Assembly (NCBI GenBank): GCA_047617745.1
Contig: JBLGBN010000021.1
Span: 1 to 13,255 of the forward strand
DNA: 13,255 bases
From: Candidatus Nanohaloarchaea archaeon
GTDB taxonomy: Archaea; Nanohalarchaeota; Nanosalinia; Nanosalinales; Nanosalinaceae
Reading direction: 5' to 3'
Shown one piece after another: positions 1-7,604 of this stretch. A program made the position numbers and the translations under genes. How positions within the stretch are numbered: the first letter of the stretch is position 1; every line of letters begins with the position of its first letter. Under the pieces are notes generated by a model, which searched no databases, was not told where the DNA came from, and worked only from the letters and a program-made list of their open reading frames with translations.

Positions 1-89
1 CGCCAGCGCCCGGATTTGAACCGGGGAGGGAGCGTATGTCCCAGCAGATCTCGAATCTGCCGCGTTCAGCCAGACTCCGCCACGCTGGC
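1..89 (-). tRNA. tRNA-Ser (anticodon CGA), class II with long variable arm, no intron
   Basis: Minus strand GCCAGCG...CGCTGGC-G gives a 7-bp acceptor stem and G discriminator. Anticodon arm GCAGA-TTCGAGA-TCTGC, variable arm GGGA-CATACGC-TCCC, T arm CCCGG-TTCAAAT-CCGGG. The window starts at the discriminator, so an encoded CCA cannot be assessed. Confidence 0.96.
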
Positions 90-125
90 AAAAACCAGAA
101 GTATCTATCCTAAAATCCCGGATCA

Positions 126-135
126 TATTTATATT
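126..135. promoter_or_regulatory. Putative bidirectional TATA element between tRNA-Ser and the HAD gene
   Basis: Reads TTTATATT on + (128-135, about 30 nt before ATG 165) and TATAAATA on - (133-126, about 37 nt before the mature tRNA 5' end). Confidence 0.5.
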
Positions 136-164
136 GGTTGGCTATCCATGATTGGAAGGCAGCC

Positions 165-818
165 ATGAAATACGACGCAGTTATCTTTGACAAAGACGGT
201 GTTCTACTGGACTCGATGGATGATGATTACAAGTGGGCTGATGAAATGAGAAAAAATATGCTGGGAGCTCAGGGGAAGGAAATAACTATTCAGGAAGCAG
301 AGAAATTAGCTAGGACGTCCTCTGTAAATAAATTCAGTGCTTTATTGAAGGATCTGGGGATCAATATTGAAACACTACGAAATATTGAAAAGGAAATTTC
401 TAAGAGAAAGATAGAGAAGATAAAAGCAGGCGAATTTAGGCTCTTCCAGGATACTCAGAAAGTGCTTGAAGAAATTACTCTTCCTAAGTCGGTAGTAAGC
501 AATGCTCCGATGGAGACAACCCGTTTTGTTATAGAGGAATACAGTCTTGATAACCATTTTGAAGCTGTAAAGTCTCCTTCCCTACATGACCTAGAGAGGT
601 ATGTGGAGCTGAAGAAGCCGAATCCTGAAATGCTTGAGGAAGTAATTGAAAGAATGGATGCCAGAAATCCAGTAATGGTTGGAGATTCCGATGAAGATGT
701 TCAGGCTGCGAAAAATGCAGGTATAGATTCAATTTTTGTCAACACGAATGGTGGAACAGACTTGGATCCAACTCATAAGGTAGAAAATCTAGAGAGTATT
801 CTTGATATCGTACACTGA
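165..818 (+). CDS. HAD-superfamily hydrolase (phosphoglycolate phosphatase-like, subfamily IA)
   Basis: Motif I FDKDGVLLDS, motif II VVSN, motif III KPNP, motif IV MVGDSDEDVQAAKNAG. Start moved from TTG 138 to ATG 165 (MKYDAVIFD) because motif I is normally N-terminal and the TATA spacing fits. Confidence 0.9.
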   Translation: MKYDAVIFDKDGVLLDSMDDDYKWADEMRKNMLGAQGKEITIQEAEKLARTSSVNKFSALLKDLGINIETLRNIEKEISKRKIEKIKAGEFRLFQDTQKVLEEITLPKSVVSNAPMETTRFVIEEYSLDNHFEAVKSPSLHDLERYVELKKPNPEMLEEVIERMDARNPVMVGDSDEDVQAAKNAGIDSIFVNTNGGTDLDPTHKVENLESILDIVH

Positions 819-853
819 AACCGAATAAAAAGCTGTTTCCCGCTCACAGATTC

Positions 854-1828
854 ATGTCAGAAGATAAAACCTGCTCCAAATGCGGAGAAGAAGCAGTAAT
901 CTATCGAGAATATGAGGGAAGAGGGCTCTGCAAGGAACATTTCACAATTGACATCAACAAGAAAGTCAAGAAAACTATAAGGAAAGACGACCTGGTTGAG
1001 TCGGGAGATACTATAGCAGTCGGTTTGTCCGGCGGAAAGGACTCCGCAGTTCTTCTGGAGCAGCTGGTCAAGATTTTCGGCGAAAGACCGGATATAGAAA
1101 TTATCGGTGTCTCAGTTCACGAGGGGATCGATGAGTACCGGGACGAATCTATCTCAGCGGCTCAAGATTTATGTGATGAACTGGGAGTCGAACTGGAAGT
1201 TGGTAGATACTCTGATTACTACGATCTTAAGATGGATGATGTTGCAGGCGCAGGAGAACTCGGAAACTGCACTTACTGCGGGATCATGCGCCGCGATCTC
1301 TTGAACAAGCTTTCCCGGGAAGTCGGTGCGGACAAAGTGGCTATAGGACACAATCTTGATGACGAGGCACAGGCCATTATGATGAATCATCTCAAGGGCG
1401 ACATGAAGCGTCTGGCTCGGATAGGAAGTCGGACTGACGCGGTAGAACACGACAAGTTCGTGCCGAGAATCAAGCCGCTCATCGACGTGATGGAAAAGGA
1501 GATCGCACTTTATTCCCGACTTCACGATCTCGGGGTTATAGATCGATGTCCACATGTCCAGGAAGGAACAATGAGACCGATGGTTAAGAGCTTCCTGAAC
1601 AAACTTGAGTCCCAGATGCCCGGGACAAAACATTCTATTGTTTCGCAGGGCAGAAGACTCAGCGATATAGTTGAGGGAGAGATAGAAGTAGATGAGGAAA
1701 ATGAACTCCGGGAATGCGAGAAATGCGGTGAGCCCTGCTCTTCTGATGTCTGCAGGAAATGTGAATTAATGGAGGACATCAAGAAATCTGCAGCTGAAAG
1801 CGAAGAACACAGTTATACAAACCAATAA
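854..1828 (+). CDS. ncsA: tRNA 2-thiouridine synthase, NcsA/TtuA (TIGR00269-like, PP-loop ATPase)
   Basis: N-terminal Zn finger CSKC...CKEH, PP-loop SGGKDS, CTYC, GHNLDD, PRIKPL, RCPH and C-terminal CEKC...CRKC. AATAAAAA at 824-831 is at TATA distance. Confidence 0.88.
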   Translation: MSEDKTCSKCGEEAVIYREYEGRGLCKEHFTIDINKKVKKTIRKDDLVESGDTIAVGLSGGKDSAVLLEQLVKIFGERPDIEIIGVSVHEGIDEYRDESISAAQDLCDELGVELEVGRYSDYYDLKMDDVAGAGELGNCTYCGIMRRDLLNKLSREVGADKVAIGHNLDDEAQAIMMNHLKGDMKRLARIGSRTDAVEHDKFVPRIKPLIDVMEKEIALYSRLHDLGVIDRCPHVQEGTMRPMVKSFLNKLESQMPGTKHSIVSQGRRLSDIVEGEIEVDEENELRECEKCGEPCSSDVCRKCELMEDIKKSAAESEEHSYTNQ

Positions 1829-1866
1829 AAACGTAAAGGTATTACTTTGTATTACCTGATAGGAAA

Positions 1867-2835
1867 ATGAAAGCAGTCGTACTCGCTGGAGGACATGCAA
1901 CCCGCCTATGGCCCATAACAAAGGATCGGGCGAAACCACTTCTACCACTGGGCGAGAAACCAATAATCGAATACATTCTTGAAGATCTTGAAGACCTCGA
2001 CGAAGTAATAATTTCTACAAACGACAAGTTTGCCGAGGATTTCAGAGAGTACGCTGAAGAATACAACCGGGAAAATGTTACCGTAGCTGTGGAAAGCCAG
2101 CAGAGCGAAGAAGAGAAACCCGGAACTATTGGAGCAATCATCAACCTTCTGAACGAAGAAGGTATAGAAGATGATCTACTTGTGATCGGTGGAGACAACT
2201 ACTACAGCTTCAATACTTCCGACTTCCTGGATTTCTGCCGGGAAAAAGAAGGACCTGTCAATGTAGTGTATGACGTCGGAGAGATTGAACTGGCCAAAGG
2301 CTTCGGGATCGTAGACACTGACGATTCCGATGAGAAGATCGTGGAGTTCAACGAGAAACCCGACCAGCCGCCTTCAACCCTGGCATCTACAGCATGCTAC
2401 TACTTTCCGGAAAAACATGTAGAGCTTTTCCACAAATACGAGAAACATTTCAAGGGAACAGATGTTCCAGCAGAGAAGTATCTAGATGAACCTGGAAGAC
2501 TGATCGAATGGGCGCACAAAAAAACCGACATGTTTGCCTACAGCTTTGACGGCGAATGGCATGATATAGGAACTATCCAGGGCTACCTTGAAGCTATGGA
2601 TGCAGTAGTCGACGGGAATATAATCAACGGGGAAACCAAGAACTGCGAAGTTGGAGACAACGTCTTCATAATGAAGGGCGCTTCCATTGAGGACACCAGA
2701 ATTGACAATACTATAATATTTCCCGACACCGAGGTAAACGACTCGGATCTCAGAAATTCGATAATAGATAGTTTCTGTGAAATAGAGGACGCGAATATGA
2801 ACGATGCTCTTATAGGCGAGCATACAACACTCTAG
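1867..2835 (+). CDS. Sugar-phosphate nucleotidyltransferase (NDP-sugar synthase) with C-terminal left-handed beta-helix
   Basis: LAGGHATRLWP...AKPLLP signature, GDN, EKP, WHDIGT, and hexapeptide-like repeats at the C-terminus. Sugar specificity cannot be read from the sequence. Confidence 0.9.
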   Translation: MKAVVLAGGHATRLWPITKDRAKPLLPLGEKPIIEYILEDLEDLDEVIISTNDKFAEDFREYAEEYNRENVTVAVESQQSEEEKPGTIGAIINLLNEEGIEDDLLVIGGDNYYSFNTSDFLDFCREKEGPVNVVYDVGEIELAKGFGIVDTDDSDEKIVEFNEKPDQPPSTLASTACYYFPEKHVELFHKYEKHFKGTDVPAEKYLDEPGRLIEWAHKKTDMFAYSFDGEWHDIGTIQGYLEAMDAVVDGNIINGETKNCEVGDNVFIMKGASIEDTRIDNTIIFPDTEVNDSDLRNSIIDSFCEIEDANMNDALIGEHTTL

Positions 2836-3581
2836 GCCAGATATCCTTCAGTAGCTGAATCCGGTTCCAGCATTTCGGAGTAATCCTCATCAAACGACTC
2901 GGCCAGGTATTCGTTTACAGCAGCTTCGCCATCTTCGTATCCAATGGCGAGCGCGGTGTATTCTACACCATTGAACTCTCCCTGCTCTAGGTATGCCTCA
3001 CCAAGATCAAAGCTTTCATAGATCTGTTTGTAATCCTCAACTAGCCCATTGAACTCGTCCTCTATATCCTCCACAAGCTCCGACTCGATATCGAAGCCTT
3101 TGGACTCCAGCTCCGACATCTTGCTTCTTTTCTCGTACGGATAACCTGTTCCCACATCGAAAGGCAAAATAGTGTCCGTCAGCGCTTCAGTTATCCCTTC
3201 GATCTCTTCCGTGTAACGGGGATCGCTGGATTTCTCTACCTCTCTAACAAAATCTCGGGAGGCGTTAAACTCATCTCTTAACCAGTTATCTACCTCTCCC
3301 TGAAATTGCTTCACATGAATTCCCTCATGGAGCATGGTTTTGAGCTGCTCCGGCTCGCTAGCCTCCAGAAAGCTATCGCCGACCGTTATCTCAGGCTGGT
3401 TACTCGAATAACCTGATACCGAGGTTCTGCCCATCACATTGTAAGGCATCGAGCTATCGAACTCCACATCAATATCCTCTAGTTCTAGGCCGTACCTTTC
3501 AGATACTTCAGAAAGCCTTTTCTGCGCTACCGCCTCTTTTACGTTCGGCTCAAGCTCAAAGCTTGGATGGAAGGACCCCAA
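2832..3581 (-). CDS. Uncharacterised acidic zincin-like metallopeptidase (HEXXH)
   Basis: 249-aa acidic ORF with TTG start 6 nt after the htpX stop. HEGIH at aa 85-89, EGITE at aa 128-132. Its stop overlaps the convergent gene's stop (CTAG 2832-2835). Confidence 0.65.
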   Translation of the reverse strand: MGSFHPSFELEPNVKEAVAQKRLSEVSERYGLELEDIDVEFDSSMPYNVMGRTSVSGYSSNQPEITVGDSFLEASEPEQLKTMLHEGIHVKQFQGEVDNWLRDEFNASRDFVREVEKSSDPRYTEEIEGITEALTDTILPFDVGTGYPYEKRSKMSELESKGFDIESELVEDIEDEFNGLVEDYKQIYESFDLGEAYLEQGEFNGVEYTALAIGYEDGEAAVNEYLAESFDEDYSEMLEPDSATEGYLA

Positions 3582-3587
3582 AACTGG

Positions 3588-4451
3588 TTAGACCTCCGTT
3601 GACTCAATATTTTCCAGTCTTTCCTCTAGCGGTGGATGTGTAGAGAAGTACCTGGTCAGTTTGTCGGAGGAAAACGGGTTTTCAATAAACAGGTTGGCGC
3701 CGGACTCCTGAACTTTTGAGACATGTTTTTTCGACTTATATCCTTTATTGGAGGAGCTTATCTTCTGCAGCGCGTTTGAAAGTCCTTCTTTACTGCCGTG
3801 GATTCTAACTGCTTCAGAGTCGGCTCTGAACTCCATGGTACGGGATACCGCCATCCGGATAATAGTCGCGATTATCGGAGTTACAATCATGAAAGCAAGT
3901 GCGGAGATCATTTCCCCCTCCTCTTCTCCTGTGAAAAGCGAGGACCAGAAAGCAAGTTCGGCTATCATAGCTACAGCACCTGCGACTGTTGCAACCAAGG
4001 CGTTGATCAGAGTGTCTCTGTTCTTGATATGCGCTAGTTCGTGGGCTATAACTCCTTCGACCTCATCTTTCTCCAGCTGGTTTAGAAGCCCTTGGGTAAC
4101 GCACACTACTCCTTTCTCAGGGTTTCGGCCGGTTGCGAACGCGTTGGGGACCTCCATCGAGTTCCTGTAAAGCTTCGGCTTCGGGATACCGGCCTTTTCC
4201 GCCAGCTCCGCTACTTTATCGTGAAGTTCCGGGTACTCTTCTTCGGAAAGCGGTTCGGCGCCGTACATCTTCAAGACTATTTTATCGGAGAACCAGTAGC
4301 TTCCGAAGTTCATCAACCCGGCGAAGAATAATCCTATAATCATTCCGCCGGTTCCTCCTATCAGGTACCCTACTCCCAGGAATACCCCTGTCAGAACGGA
4401 TAGAAAACTGAATATTTTTGCGTTAGTTTTAATTCCCTGAGAAGTTACCAT
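3588..4451 (-). CDS. htpX: Membrane zinc metalloprotease HtpX (M48B)
   Basis: N-terminal TM helices, PNAFATG, VIAHELAHIKNRD, SRTMEFRAD, STHPPLEERL. Confidence 0.96.
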   Translation of the reverse strand: MVTSQGIKTNAKIFSFLSVLTGVFLGVGYLIGGTGGMIIGLFFAGLMNFGSYWFSDKIVLKMYGAEPLSEEEYPELHDKVAELAEKAGIPKPKLYRNSMEVPNAFATGRNPEKGVVCVTQGLLNQLEKDEVEGVIAHELAHIKNRDTLINALVATVAGAVAMIAELAFWSSLFTGEEEGEMISALAFMIVTPIIATIIRMAVSRTMEFRADSEAVRIHGSKEGLSNALQKISSSNKGYKSKKHVSKVQESGANLFIENPFSSDKLTRYFSTHPPLEERLENIESTEV

Positions 4452-4472
4452 AAATCTAAATTGTCCTCAAAA

Positions 4473-4480
4473 TTATTTAA
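4473..4480 (-). promoter_or_regulatory. Putative TATA box of htpX, overlapping the riboflavin synthase stop codon
   Basis: TTAAATAA on - lies 22-29 nt upstream of ATG 4451. Confidence 0.5.
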
Positions 4481-5070
4481 TCCTGATATCGGGAAGCCTT
4501 TTCAGCGTATTTTGCCATCACATCTACCTCGAGATTAACCAAGTCTCCTTCCTCTTTCCCTGATAGATTGGTGCTTTCCCATGTCTCAGGTATAATCGTG
4601 ATGGAGAACCGTTCTTCCTTAATATCTACTACTGTCAAGCTGATACCTTCTACTGCTATGAAGCCTTTTTCCACGATGTATTTCTCGAACTCCTCGGGAA
4701 GTGATAACCAGAAGTTCCAGCCCTCCTCCAGTTCCTCAATTTCTTTGACCTCAGCTGTAGCATCTACATGGCCCTGAACATAGTGGCCACCCATCCGGTC
4801 TTTAGGGGTTAGGGATTTCTCAAGATTGACCTCCTCGCCTTCAGAAAGCTCCGAGAACCAGGTTTTTTCCAGAGTCTCTTCTGCTAGAAATATTTCAACT
4901 CCGGATTCTGTGAAACTTTCGATTGTCAAGCACGCCCCTGAAACATTGATGCTGTCGCCCGTTTCTGAATCTTCAAAGAAATCTTCAGCTTCAAATTCTA
5001 TCCGCTTTCCTTCTCCAGCATCTTTTACAGAAACAATTTTTCCGGTTTCCTCAACTAGTCCTGTGAACAT
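4477..5070 (-). CDS. ribE: Riboflavin synthase, bacterial alpha-chain type
   Basis: N-terminal MFTGLVE, GDSINVSGACLT, GGHYVQGHVD and second lumazine-binding repeat KGFIAVEGISLT...VNLEVD. Putative TATA TTTAAAA at 5099-5093. The same gene is called ribC in E. coli. Confidence 0.95.
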   Translation of the reverse strand: MFTGLVEETGKIVSVKDAGEGKRIEFEAEDFFEDSETGDSINVSGACLTIESFTESGVEIFLAEETLEKTWFSELSEGEEVNLEKSLTPKDRMGGHYVQGHVDATAEVKEIEELEEGWNFWLSLPEEFEKYIVEKGFIAVEGISLTVVDIKEERFSITIIPETWESTNLSGKEEGDLVNLEVDVMAKYAEKASRYQD

Positions 5071-5099
5071 ATGAGGTTAAAGAACGAGCCAATTTTAAA

Positions 5100-6437
5100 T
5101 CAGCTGGCTGCCGGGTCCTGGCTGTTTCCACCAGCCCACGGAAGTTCAGATCTGACCTCAGCCTTCCTTGAAAGCTCATTGTAAGCCTGCTGTATAGATT
5201 CCTCGTACTCTGGCGCTCGATCTTTCAGAGCTTCAAGGCCTTCAAGGACCTTTACAGTTGCGAAACTGGAACCGTACTCTTCCCCGACTTCTTCCATAAG
5301 TTCTTCCGAATCATAGTCCCCGAGGTCTTCTGTAACTGAATCCAGGTATCTTTCGAACTCTCGATCCATCTCGTCTACATATTCCTCAAGTGTAAGCTCC
5401 TCGCTTAGTTCACCTTCCTCGTAGAGATTGACGGATACTCCCCCCTCATCTATCTCCATCTCGTAGGCGGTTCTATCGAGATGGACGTAGTCATCCCCTA
5501 TATCCACTGTTTCTGTATCCTGTGGGGAATAATCAGCTGGGAGATCTTCTTCATCAATTACATTCAATAGCACACCTTCCAGACTTGAGGACTCAAACTC
5601 AGGTACCAGACCTGCCTCAAACTCGTAGTCTTCTCCATAGAAGTCTTCAAGTATTATCTGCGCTGCGTTTTCAGGCGCTTCCGCAGATGCCTCGTAAGTC
5701 TCAACCTTGAAATCTTTATCGTGTAAATGGCTTCTCTCATCCGTTCCAAAGCCTTTCGCTCCGTTTTTCGCTTTCAGGAACTCCTGCAGAACTGCTTTGT
5801 GAACTATACTATCTATTTCCTCATCGCCGTACTCCGGGACATGCAGAATATTTTCCCCATTCTCATTCTGTGATGTGAAGACTATTTCTTCTGCTCCTTC
5901 TCTAACCAGAAGCGACTCCCAGTCTTCCTCTCCTGATTCCTCAAGAAGCTCGTCTTCATATTTTTCAAGTATATCGTCTTCGAACTCGAATTCATTTTCA
6001 GCCTGTTCATACCAGTTCTCTAGTCCTCCCCCGGTTGTGCTTCTACCTGCGGAGATATCTATCATCCCTTTGGCTGATGCACCAAAGTCCCTCTGAGGGC
6101 CGTACAGTTTCAGAGAATCTTCTCCTTCAACAACAGTCATCATACCCCCTCCAAATCCTCTCAGCATGTGATCGCCTGGGGTCAGGTCGAATTCGTCGGA
6201 TACCTCTTCTTCCAAGGCTTTCTGAACATCTCCCCATATCTCCCTAAACTCGTCTGTCTCATGGGATTCAACAGCTTCATCGAAAGGAACTTTCTGGTCA
6301 GGGAAATCACTCAGTTCAACAACCAGATCACTATCCTCTAATTCCAGTTCTGCCTCCCCGATGTTTGTTTTACCTTCTGGATGAGTCTCTGCCTCACCCG
6401 CCATTGTGAAGGTATCTCCGTTTTTAGCTGCGCTCAT
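5100..6437 (-). CDS. Large acidic hypothetical protein, possible divergent Nudix-fold hydrolase
   Basis: 445-aa ORF with AAGGTGA Shine-Dalgarno upstream of the ATG. Contains LYGPQRD...GMIDISAG and E-x7-REGAEE. The ORF is secure; the function is inference. Confidence 0.8.
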   Translation of the reverse strand: MSAAKNGDTFTMAGEAETHPEGKTNIGEAELELEDSDLVVELSDFPDQKVPFDEAVESHETDEFREIWGDVQKALEEEVSDEFDLTPGDHMLRGFGGGMMTVVEGEDSLKLYGPQRDFGASAKGMIDISAGRSTTGGGLENWYEQAENEFEFEDDILEKYEDELLEESGEEDWESLLVREGAEEIVFTSQNENGENILHVPEYGDEEIDSIVHKAVLQEFLKAKNGAKGFGTDERSHLHDKDFKVETYEASAEAPENAAQIILEDFYGEDYEFEAGLVPEFESSSLEGVLLNVIDEEDLPADYSPQDTETVDIGDDYVHLDRTAYEMEIDEGGVSVNLYEEGELSEELTLEEYVDEMDREFERYLDSVTEDLGDYDSEELMEEVGEEYGSSFATVKVLEGLEALKDRAPEYEESIQQAYNELSRKAEVRSELPWAGGNSQDPAAS

Positions 6438-6461
6438 GATTATTCACCTTTGCCTCTTGAT

Positions 6462-6989
6462 CTATGCACCTGAATCCTCGTATTCTACGCGAACTGAAGA
6501 ATTTGGGGTTGGGGTTCTTATGATCCTTTGATCGGCGCTCTGACCGCCCAAGAAATCCCAGTCTTCCGGTTCTGAAATAAATCTCGACTTGCGTTCTGAA
6601 ATATCGCCGTCGTTATTACTTTTTTTCGAGTTCTCATCATAAAACGCTCTTACGTTGTAGAAATCAATGGACAGTTCTCCGCCAGTATCATCTGTCTCTG
6701 TATATCTTACACTATCGTAACGCTCTTCCATTTCGTTTACAAGATCTTCGAGATCCGATCTATAATCGCCGCTATTGAAATCGTATTCCTCTCCATCAAT
6801 TTCTATGGATTCTATACGATCCTCAAAGAAAAGCTCTGAAATTCTATTTACGGATTCTCTAAATTCAGGTTTGTAGGCAGATCCATAGTTATGGTATCCT
6901 TCCTCACTTACTTCTTCGAGTTCTGGAACTCTAACTTTTCTATCCTCATTATTCTCATTCTCTCCGAAGAATTTTTTGTTAACACTCAT
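6462..6989 (-). CDS. Acidic hypothetical protein (175 aa)
   Basis: Halophile-like composition. TTTTTAAG TATA at 7019-7012, 23-30 nt upstream. No motif recognised. Confidence 0.8.
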   Translation of the reverse strand: MSVNKKFFGENENNEDRKVRVPELEEVSEEGYHNYGSAYKPEFRESVNRISELFFEDRIESIEIDGEEYDFNSGDYRSDLEDLVNEMEERYDSVRYTETDDTGGELSIDFYNVRAFYDENSKKSNNDGDISERKSRFISEPEDWDFLGGQSADQRIIRTPTPNSSVRVEYEDSGA

Positions 6990-7120
6990 AGCAGAAGTTT
7001 ACACAGCAAAACTTAAAAATATTTGTTACTGAAGAGTAAACTCCTTCCGATACCTAGAAATTAAGGAGCTCTCAGAACAATAATTAACGATTCTAAATGA
7101 TGGAAAGTTAGAATGGAGGG

Positions 7121-7125
7121 AAAAA
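7121..7125 (-). terminator. Oligo-T terminator of the 5S rRNA gene
   Basis: TTTTT on - immediately after helix I of the 5S RNA. Confidence 0.55.
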
Positions 7126-7127
7126 TA

Positions 7128-7242
7128 GTCTGGCAGCGTCCTGGATGTCCCGCCGCGAGGCAGTACTGACCAGATCGCTGAGGGACTTTACTTCCGTGTT
7201 CGGGATGGGTACGGGTGTTGCCCCCTCGCTCTGGCCGCCAGT
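7128..7242 (-). rRNA. rrf: 5S ribosomal RNA, stand-alone gene
   Basis: Helix I CTGGCGGC/GCTGCCAG, archaeal loop C region CCCGTACCCATCCCGAACACGGAAG, loop E GGTCAGTA. Ends are uncertain by about 2 nt. Confidence 0.96.
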
Positions 7243-7264
7243 ATGCAAACAATCCGGGTTAAAA

Positions 7265-7272
7265 CTTATAAA
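7265..7272 (-). promoter_or_regulatory. TATA box of the 5S rRNA gene
   Basis: TTTATAAG on -, 23-30 nt upstream of the 5S 5' end. Confidence 0.7.
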
Positions 7273-7324
7273 CCACTCGCCGCCGAGAAATTAGACTTAT
7301 AATAAAGAGAACATATGGGAATTT

Positions 7325-7588
7325 ATGGTCAGTAGTTTAAACAGTAGAGATTCAGGAAAGTTTGGCGCGATGCTGGAGAAGATGCCCAGCATGGATCTCG
7401 CCACTATCCTTGTTCTCGGATTAAACATCTACGTCCTTTACTCCCAGCTCGACTACTACAACAGAGAAAGTATTTTCTCGGTATCGTTCGAACCTCATAT
7501 TCTAGCAGTTCAGGCGTCCGCAGTTCTTATAGCAGTATACGTTATAGAGTTCCTGTACGACAAGAAGAAAGGTAGCGGGCATCGATAA
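7325..7588 (+). CDS. Small hypothetical membrane protein (2 predicted TM helices)
   Basis: Hydrophobic segments LATILVLGLNIYVLY and ILAVQASAVLIAVYVIEFLY, with a basic tail. TTATAA at 7297-7302 sits at TATA distance from ATG 7325. Confidence 0.7.
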   Translation: MVSSLNSRDSGKFGAMLEKMPSMDLATILVLGLNIYVLYSQLDYYNRESIFSVSFEPHILAVQASAVLIAVYVIEFLYDKKKGSGHR

Positions 7589-7604
7589 CGGAGAATAAGA
7601 TTTT

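Noticed and set aside
1..89. tRNA as an integration site, or unusual G37/intron
   Set aside because: No integrase or duplicated tRNA 3' end is in the window, and the 3' flank lies outside it. The loop is a normal 7 nt, and G37 is common in archaeal tRNAs.
138..164. TTG start of the HAD ORF
   Set aside because: Too close to the TATA. ATG 165 matches the family N-terminus.
5071..5099. FMN riboswitch upstream of riboflavin synthase
   Set aside because: Only 29 nt are available and no riboswitch motifs are seen.
6499..6507. Another exact GAATTTGGG copy
   Set aside because: A single copy inside a CDS, not phased and not at a recognisable promoter; probably chance.
7090..7114. ATTCTAA-N11-TTAGAAT inverted repeat downstream of 5S
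   Set aside because: Short and AT-rich, beyond the T-tract, with no other support.
7061..7252. 63-aa minus-strand ORF
   Set aside because: It is a translation of the 5S rRNA gene.
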